Assembly: GCA_964035545.1 (NCBI GenBank)
Contig: OZ037766.1
Span: 9,910,722-9,974,721, forward strand
Reading direction: 5' to 3'
From: Bugula neritina
Lineage: Eukaryota; Animalia; Bryozoa
DNA: 64,000 nt
In this document: positions 57,309 through 64,000 of the stretch, piece by piece
Layout of the letters: every line of letters starts with the position of its first letter
Numbering within the stretch: the stretch's first letter is position 1
Position numbers and translations under genes: made by a program
Notes under the pieces: generated by a model
Database searches by the model: none
Told to the model about the DNA's origin: nothing
Seen by the model: only the letters and a program-made list of their open reading frames with translations

Positions 57309-58262
57309 ATGGAGACTGACAATGCTGAAATTCAACCACCGGCAATCGAAGGTGAGCGTAGAGACAATGCTGTAGAGACAATGCCTGTTAACCATGTAGT
57401 AGAAGAGCGAAGGGTTCCGCGAGAACTAGCTGAAGACCGCTACAGGTTAAAGGCGCCCACCTTCACGGGTGAAGAGGAGGTGGAACAATTTATTCAAGAG
57501 TTTAGCGACGTAATGGACGTCGCTCAGTGGCCCCCTAGGGTGGCCCTGCTGAAGCTTAGAATGGCATTGATGGACAAAGCCAAGCCCTATGGGCTGGGCG
57601 TAGACATTGATAATATCTTTGCTTCTCTGCGGGCCCGCTTTGGCCTCTCGGCTACAGATGCCAGGGCCCGATTACAGAGGTTGCGGCGTGATCCCCGCAC
57701 CCCGCTGCGGGAGCATGCCGCCGCGGTCATGAAGCTGGCACAGATCGCGTACAGCGACTTGCCCCCAGTCAACCGCGAGAGGTACACCCTCGACGCTTTC
57801 ATAGCATCTGTCGACGATCTGGGTCTCCACCACCAGTTTCTAGCTAGGGGAGTCACCACCGTTGAAGATGCTCTGACTGAGGGGGAAGCTTACCTCCTAG
57901 CTAACCAAATGCATAAAAGTCGCGGAAGCTCCCGCCAAGTGGAGATAGACCGCGCAGACACGGCCGCGGGACAAGGGGAGGAAACCCCCGCCGCGGCTGC
58001 CGTGTCCCAGTTGGCGACGGCATCAAAAGTCACTCAACTGACGGACATGCTAGCCAAGCTGATAGCAACACTGACACCACAAAACCCAGTGAGTACCGCC
58101 CCTGAGCCCATGCGGCCATCGGCGCCGCCACAGGGAGAAACAGTCAGTTTTTGCTGGGAGTGCGGAAATCAAGGACATTTCCGCCGATATTGTCCCTTCC
58201 TAAATCAGGGGTTAAACTACCGCGGCCCGCAGATGTTCCCACCTTCCGCGGGCCGACGATGA
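57309..58262 (+). CDS. gag: Gag, 317 aa, with CCHC zinc knuckle
   Basis: KAPTFTG..EQFIQEF capsid-like start and CWECGNQGHFRRYC knuckle; begins just after the PBS. Confidence 0.92.
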   Translation: METDNAEIQPPAIEGERRDNAVETMPVNHVVEERRVPRELAEDRYRLKAPTFTGEEEVEQFIQEFSDVMDVAQWPPRVALLKLRMALMDKAKPYGLGVDIDNIFASLRARFGLSATDARARLQRLRRDPRTPLREHAAAVMKLAQIAYSDLPPVNRERYTLDAFIASVDDLGLHHQFLARGVTTVEDALTEGEAYLLANQMHKSRGSSRQVEIDRADTAAGQGEETPAAAAVSQLATASKVTQLTDMLAKLIATLTPQNPVSTAPEPMRPSAPPQGETVSFCWECGNQGHFRRYCPFLNQGLNYRGPQMFPPSAGRR

Positions 58263-58564
58263 AACCTCTAGGGAAGAAGAAACGCAGGTCACCCAGACGG
58301 GTACCGCGTACTGGCAACCAACAGTGGCAACAGCCACGACGGACCAGCAAGGGGCTTCGCCCCGCGGCTGCCTTTTCTATGCCCCTTCACAACAGATTCA
58401 CAGGGCTGCAAGTCTAAGAATCTGGATGGGAGCACACAAAGGTAGCTGAGGATCTAGCCTCGGCACCCCCGAGGCCTACCCATCACCGCCCCAAGAGACC
58501 TCCTTCGCGACCCAAAGCGAGGGAGGTACTCCCTGCGAGAGTAAGGCCTGAAGGGAGAGTTCAG

Positions 58565-61500
58565 GTGCAGCCCCATGGGAACAGCTATTTCTTGCCCGGT
58601 AAACTGGAAGGCAAAGCTGTTACTTTTCTCATTGATTCGGGCTGTACCACAAACCTCTTAAGCCGCCAACTCTTCGACACCCTCAGTGCTAGGGTCAGGG
58701 GCGAGATGGAAGCATACGAAGGGGAATACGGCACCCTAGCCGACGGGTCGTGCCTTCCCTTCTATGGTATAATTGAGCTGACGGGACGAGTCCGCGATCA
58801 AACGATCCAAGAGACGTTCATCGTCAGTCAGCTCAAGGAGGATGCTATCCTCGGGATGCCGTTCCTTAAACGGCACGGATGTCACATAGATTTTAGCAGA
58901 TCTGCAATGATGATGTCCGGGCGGGAACTCGCCTGCGTCGACAAGTTCGGCTGCCCTTTAGTGGGAGGTGTGCAAGTGGTACGCAACCGTACCATACCAG
59001 GCCGCTCCCGGGCTACCATTCACTGCAGGGTGAATAGTAGCCGGATCTCTGGACTCGGGGTGGTTGAAGGCGCGCACGAAAAGATCCAACTTGCCAGCAG
59101 TCTGAACCAGCTGACTGAGCAAGGGGAGATCTTAGTGCAGTGCGTCAACCCCTTTACCGAGCCTATCAAGCTCCCGGCTGGGTCGATGCTGGGCCGTTTT
59201 CACTCTGTTCAAGAGGGAGACGTAGGCCCGTCGCTGGGTGATGCGACAGAGGCACTCCCTCGACACCCTATTCAGGGACGAGGGGCAGTCCCAACACATC
59301 TCCGGGAGTTATACGAGACGGCCAGTAACGGCTGTGCGAGTAACAGAGAGCGCCAGGCTATGGCCAAGTTACTACGCGACTACGGTGATGTGTTCAGCAG
59401 CGGAGAGCATGACGTGGGACTGACTGGAATTGTCAGACACGAAATACCGCTGACTGCAGGGACAGTCCCTGTCCGGCAGCCCACGCGCAGGCTGGGGCCG
59501 GAGAAAGAGAAGGAGGTTAGCCGACAAATACGGGATCTTCTGGACCGGGGACTGATAGAGCCCGCCCATAGTGCGTGGAGCTCGCCAGTCGTACTGGTCC
59601 GGAAGAAAGACGGCAGTTGGCGGTTCTGTGTGGACTACCGCAAACTCAATAGCGTAACCATACAGGACGCCTACCCTCTACCTCGTATTGACGAGTCATT
59701 GGACGCCCTAGCCGGCAGCAAGTACTTCAGTACGTTAGACTTGCTAAGCGGCTATTGGCAGGTTCCTCTGAGTCCCGACGCCCAAGAGAAAGCGGCGTTT
59801 ATCACACGGGACGGTTTGTGGAAGTGGAAGGTGCTGCCCTTCGGGTTAACCTCCGCCCCAGCCACCTTCCAGAGGTTGATGGAACAAGTCCTTAGCGGAC
59901 TCCATTGGAAGACACTGCTGGTCTACCTCGATGATGTCATCGTAATCTCTCCAGACTTCGAGACACATGTCAGTCGTCTGCAGGAGGTTTTCGAGAGACT
60001 CCGAGGTGCCGGTCTTAAGCTCAAACCTTCCAAGTGCGCTCTGTTGCAGCCGGAGGTCAAGTACCTGGGGCACGTTGTCGGTCGAAACGGCGTGGCAACG
60101 GATCCCGAAAAGGTACGGGCAGTAGAAGACTGGGTCACCCCTCAAGACTTGACCGGACTCCGGGCTTTCTTGGGGCTGGTAAGGTATTACAGGCAATACA
60201 TACCAGACTTTGCGGGCATAGCCCAGCCGTTAAACCGGCTTACCGCAAAGGGAGTGACGTGGCAGTGGACTCTAGTCGAACAAGAAGCGTTCGACCGCCT
60301 CAAGGGCTGCCTCCTAACGGCGCCCATCTTGGCCTACCCAGACCCCACTCTGGAGTACATCCTAGACACGGACGCCAGTGACCAGAATGTTGGCGCTGTG
60401 CTGTCGCAAGTGCAGGAAGGCCGAGAGGTAGTAGTAGCCTACTACAGCAAGTCTCTCTCTCCCGCTGAACGAAATTACTGCACTACCCGCAAGGAGCTGC
60501 TGGCAGTAATCAAGTCAGTGAAGCACTTCAGACCATACCTATATGGCAGGAAGTTCCGGCTGCGTACGGATCATGCCTCGCTGATCTGGTTGTGCAGGAG
60601 AGCAGAGCCCTCTAGTCAGGTCGCCCGGTGGCTCGAAATCCTAGCTGAATTCTCGTACCGGATCGAACACCGACCGGGCAAGAGACACAGCAATGCGGAT
60701 GGGTTGAGTCGCCGACCTGACGGAGGTTGCAAACAGTGTCTCAACATCGAGAGGAGGGATGGAGGTCCCCCACGATGCGAGTTGGAGACGCTGGCTCATC
60801 ACGGAGCACCGTTTGACTGGGATCAAGGTCAACTCAGGCAAAGAGTTGATGAGTCCCCGGAGGATGTACAAAACCTCCGCGCCAACCCTGTACTGGCCGG
60901 TAATGTTCGAGAGCTGAAGAAGCTCCAAGAAGAGCTGCCTGGAGTCGTGGCAGACATCTACCGGGCCAAAAGGGAAGGGCGACGACCCAGCGAGGAACGC
61001 ATAAGACAGGGATGCGCCGAGTTCCGGCTATACTGTCAGCGTTGGGACTCGCTGCGGATCGGGCAGGATGGGTTGCTAACCATCTCTCTAGCTGCCAGCG
61101 GCAGACACCCGGAAAGGAAGAGGGTAGTCTGCCCCACAGCCATCCGCCGTGAGTTGATTTGGGATACTCACAAGCAGGCCCACGCAGGGGTCAAGCGAGT
61201 GATATCCAAATTACGACTCCGGTGGTATTGGCCGCAGATGGAGCGTGATGTCCGGCTCAGAGTCAAACAGTGTGAGATCTGCCAGGCCAGTAAGCATAGC
61301 CGCCCCCCTGGTGAAGCAGGACGGCGGAGGCTATATGCTGGTAGGCCCTGGCAAGTAGTCGCTGTAGACCTGGTCGGACCCATGCCCCTGACCCCCAGAG
61401 GCAATAATTGGATCCTAGTACTAACCGACCACTTTACTAGGTGGGCGGATGCTCTGGCTATCCCAGATGCATCAGCCCCAACAGTGGCCAGGGCACTAGA

Positions 61501-62782
61501 CCAACACGTATTCTGTTATTTTGGGCTTCCCGAACAGATACACTCTGATCAAGGCGCTCAATTCCAGTCTCAACTGATGAGCGACCTTTGCCACCTCTGG
61601 GGAGTAAATCAGAGCAGGACCACCCCCTACCACCCTCAAGGTAACGGGGTGGTGGAGCGCAACAACCGGATGCTAGGTGATGCGCTCCGGAGTCTCCTCC
61701 TTGGACGAGGTCAAGAGGAATGGGATACGGTGTTGCCGCAAGTCATGCGTGCATACCGTAGCACCCCACACACCAGTACTGGTGAGACCCCAAACCTCTT
61801 GATGCTCGGGAGAGAGACTCGTGTCCCTGACCATCTCACCTATCACGTTCCAGAGCAAGATAACTCAGTCCATGAGTATGCCAGTGAACTAGTGGAACGG
61901 ATGAAGGCCGCACACGAGATACTGCGTCAACAGCAGTGGAAGGTGCGGCACGAAGATTCCGATGAACCACCCCTCTATCAAAGAGGAGATAAGGTGTGGA
62001 TGGTCAATTACCGTAGGCGCCGCGGACAGGCTGATAAGCTGAAGCCTAAGTTCGTAGGCCCCTACGTGGTCGTCGAGGCTATGCCCAATCATACGTACAA
62101 GATTGAGCGCTCAGGACAGGTGTCTATCCAGAATGAGTCTCGCTTGAAACCGTATTGGGCTAGCCCCGGCGGAGTGGGAGAAGCCCCCCCGTTGTTAGAG
62201 CCCAGGAGGCAGACAACAACGCGCGGGCGACGGCGGCATGGACCTGAATACGAAGTGGTCATACCGCGGGAAGAAAACTTGGTGAGAGAGGAGCGGCAGC
62301 TTTTGTCAACAGAAGCGTGTCCGCCACCGCCAAGTCTAATTCCATCACTTCCAGAAACCGAGCCGGTTCCGGAAGTGCAAACCCCCACGGAGGGAGGGGC
62401 TCCATCCGGAGAACAAGAAGAGGTGACTGCTGACGGTGAAGTAGAGACGCCATTAGAGGCCCCTACTAACGAACCGGCAAGCGTGTCACCCCCCCTAGAA
62501 AGGGGACAGCGTACGAGGCAACCCCCCGCATACTTGAAGGACTTCGTATGTGACTGCGTTAAAAGCGGCACACATGAAAGTCTAGGGGAAAACCGTACGA
62601 GAAAAGAATCGAGCAAATGTGGGAGTTGTCAACACCACGGAAATATCAACTTTTGTATCGGCGGAAGTAGAAACAAAATTCATCCGCCGGGTGCACAAAG
62701 TCTTAATCACGCACCCCAACCACGTTGCTCGATCTTTTCATACGCTGATGCAGTCAAGAGTAGACGTGTTTCTAAGCAGTAG
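58565..62782 (+). CDS. pol: Pol polyprotein (protease, RT, RNase H, integrase), in the -1 frame relative to gag
   Basis: LIDSGCTT; WSSPVVLV..RFCVDYRKLN, LPFGL, YLDD; DTDAS..RTDH; HHCC (HKQAH..CEIC), VDLVG, HSDQG, VERNN and GPY motif. Confidence 0.96.
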   Translation: MQPHGNSYFLPGKLEGKAVTFLIDSGCTTNLLSRQLFDTLSARVRGEMEAYEGEYGTLADGSCLPFYGIIELTGRVRDQTIQETFIVSQLKEDAILGMPFLKRHGCHIDFSRSAMMMSGRELACVDKFGCPLVGGVQVVRNRTIPGRSRATIHCRVNSSRISGLGVVEGAHEKIQLASSLNQLTEQGEILVQCVNPFTEPIKLPAGSMLGRFHSVQEGDVGPSLGDATEALPRHPIQGRGAVPTHLRELYETASNGCASNRERQAMAKLLRDYGDVFSSGEHDVGLTGIVRHEIPLTAGTVPVRQPTRRLGPEKEKEVSRQIRDLLDRGLIEPAHSAWSSPVVLVRKKDGSWRFCVDYRKLNSVTIQDAYPLPRIDESLDALAGSKYFSTLDLLSGYWQVPLSPDAQEKAAFITRDGLWKWKVLPFGLTSAPATFQRLMEQVLSGLHWKTLLVYLDDVIVISPDFETHVSRLQEVFERLRGAGLKLKPSKCALLQPEVKYLGHVVGRNGVATDPEKVRAVEDWVTPQDLTGLRAFLGLVRYYRQYIPDFAGIAQPLNRLTAKGVTWQWTLVEQEAFDRLKGCLLTAPILAYPDPTLEYILDTDASDQNVGAVLSQVQEGREVVVAYYSKSLSPAERNYCTTRKELLAVIKSVKHFRPYLYGRKFRLRTDHASLIWLCRRAEPSSQVARWLEILAEFSYRIEHRPGKRHSNADGLSRRPDGGCKQCLNIERRDGGPPRCELETLAHHGAPFDWDQGQLRQRVDESPEDVQNLRANPVLAGNVRELKKLQEELPGVVADIYRAKREGRRPSEERIRQGCAEFRLYCQRWDSLRIGQDGLLTISLAASGRHPERKRVVCPTAIRRELIWDTHKQAHAGVKRVISKLRLRWYWPQMERDVRLRVKQCEICQASKHSRPPGEAGRRRLYAGRPWQVVAVDLVGPMPLTPRGNNWILVLTDHFTRWADALAIPDASAPTVARALDQHVFCYFGLPEQIHSDQGAQFQSQLMSDLCHLWGVNQSRTTPYHPQGNGVVERNNRMLGDALRSLLLGRGQEEWDTVLPQVMRAYRSTPHTSTGETPNLLMLGRETRVPDHLTYHVPEQDNSVHEYASELVERMKAAHEILRQQQWKVRHEDSDEPPLYQRGDKVWMVNYRRRRGQADKLKPKFVGPYVVVEAMPNHTYKIERSGQVSIQNESRLKPYWASPGGVGEAPPLLEPRRQTTTRGRRRHGPEYEVVIPREENLVREERQLLSTEACPPPPSLIPSLPETEPVPEVQTPTEGGAPSGEQEEVTADGEVETPLEAPTNEPASVSPPLERGQRTRQPPAYLKDFVCDCVKSGTHESLGENRTRKESSKCGSCQHHGNINFCIGGSRNKIHPPGAQSLNHAPQPRCSIFSYADAVKSRRVSKQ

Positions 62783-62806
62783 TTCAAACCATTTCACATA
62801 TTCAGT

Positions 62807-63883
62807 ATGTCTTACGACAACAGATCGTGGGGTGAGTTAACTATATCTTAATACGAAACTAGATTGCATCGCTCAGCTCTGACTCACTGAGTCAATCGAG
62901 CTGGAGATAGGTTAGTGAAATACCGTAGTAAGAACTCAGTTTGACTTAGAGATTTTTATAATCTCATTGCAATACGGTTCTATCTGACTATTCACTATCA
63001 TTAATCTCTACGAGGTAACTGAATTAGGAGTTGCCAAGCTGTTCAAGCTGACAACACAGCAGTGTACTGTACTAACACTGTTGAAACTTTTTCAGATTAC
63101 ACTCGACCCTCTACCACCAGGGTACGGGATAGAACACTTCCCGCTCCGTATCCGGAGGACTATGCTAGTGGTGACCGGCCTGAGCCACTACGCCGCCGTT
63201 GGCGGTGGGTGTCTCCACAAACCGAAGAAGAAATAGAAACAGCCTGGGGGTCCAGAGGACGGACGAGATGCCAGATCTGTGGTGAAGATTGCGCCTCTCA
63301 CCGTTCCCTTAAACTACACGTCAATGCTCATCTCCTACTAACATTCTGCCCCTGCGGGTACAATGATGTGTATCCCTACCCCGTCACCAGACACAGAGCG
63401 GCGGGCTGTTTCCCTGGAGAAAACTATGTGGTCGACGCTAAGCTGTACCCGGAGTTCCTCACACTTATACGACCTCTGGTGAAGAAGGCCATGCTATTAG
63501 CCGTTCTGTCCTCGGGGTTCCAACGTGTGTTAGACAACGCCCGCCAACAATCCCCGTTGGTGTCTGACCGCCCTCAAATTACATACACCCCCGAGGAAAT
63601 TACATATCCAGAAGAAGGAGAGATCTCCCCTACACCGGCGAAGAGACGAACCAGGTCCCCCAGTCCACCCTTGCGCCGCAGACGGACACCGTCCCCAGAC
63701 CCAGTACGCCTGGCTACAGTAGAAGAACGCCTCCTACGATTACAAGAAGAGTTCACCCAGCTGGCACCAGATCTACTTAACACTACCACAGGACTCTTCC
63801 AGCTAAAGGGATCCGTATGCCGTATGAAACGGAAACTGCGTACATGCCAAGCCAAGCACCGGCGTGCCCAACAAGGACTCTAG
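62807..63883 (+). CDS. Spliced accessory ORF3 of the Gypsy element (~270 aa): C2H2-like zinc finger, RS/P-rich tract, coiled coil
   Basis: Mini-exon 62807-62831 (MSYDNRSW, G|GTGAGT) joins in phase 1 to TTTTTCAG|AT at 63096 and reads to the stop at 63883. CQICGEDCASHRSLKLHVNAH; RRTRSPSPPLRRRRTPSP. Confidence 0.7.
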
Positions 63884-64000
63884 TTAGACTACTCGGAGTA
63901 CTCCAACTCCGCCTCTTGGGAGAAGCCCAGATGTCATGTAAATGTTTGACTGCTTAACAGGTTATCCCCTGTCTAACACCACAGCTAGCTAGTATTCCTC

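Larger units (their letters stand above)
56973..64000 (+). mobile_element. Ty3/Gypsy LTR retrotransposon; 3' LTR lies beyond the window
   Basis: 5' LTR, PBS, gag, pol in PR-RT-RH-IN order and a third ORF, with an abrupt shift to GC-rich sequence. Confidence 0.96.

Noticed and set aside
57587-63855. Multiple antisense or overlapping ORFs within gag, pol and ORF3
   Set aside because: Expected shadow ORFs in GC-rich coding DNA; no recognisable motifs.

Overview
AT-rich, intron-containing genomic DNA from an invertebrate animal; the species cannot be determined from the sequence. Host genes were rebuilt by hand from splice sites and reading-frame continuity: the 3' part of RRP9 (+), a complete ~451-aa hexokinase (-), MAEA (-) head-to-head with CtBP (+), an unusual ~416-aa three-coding-exon gene joining CARD, coiled coil, Rho-family GTPase and CaaX (-), APEX1 (+) with a 13-aa N-terminal tandem repeat, and the 3' part of CNEP1R1/TMEM188 (-). 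MAEA and CNEP1R1 each carry a U12-type (minor spliceosome) intron. Mobile DNA: a 5'-truncated CR1/L2-group LINE, a decayed ISL2EU-like element (THAP + YqaJ remnants, long TIRs) in APEX1 intron 1, nested MITEs, and a young Ty3/Gypsy LTR retrotransposon that runs off the window end. The Gypsy element has a -1 frameshift cassette and a spliced third gene (C2H2-like zinc finger, RS/P-rich tract, coiled coil). The best novelty candidates are the CARD-Rho fusion, the spliced Gypsy accessory gene, and a 6-bp-periodic ANT lattice flanking promoter-like cores.
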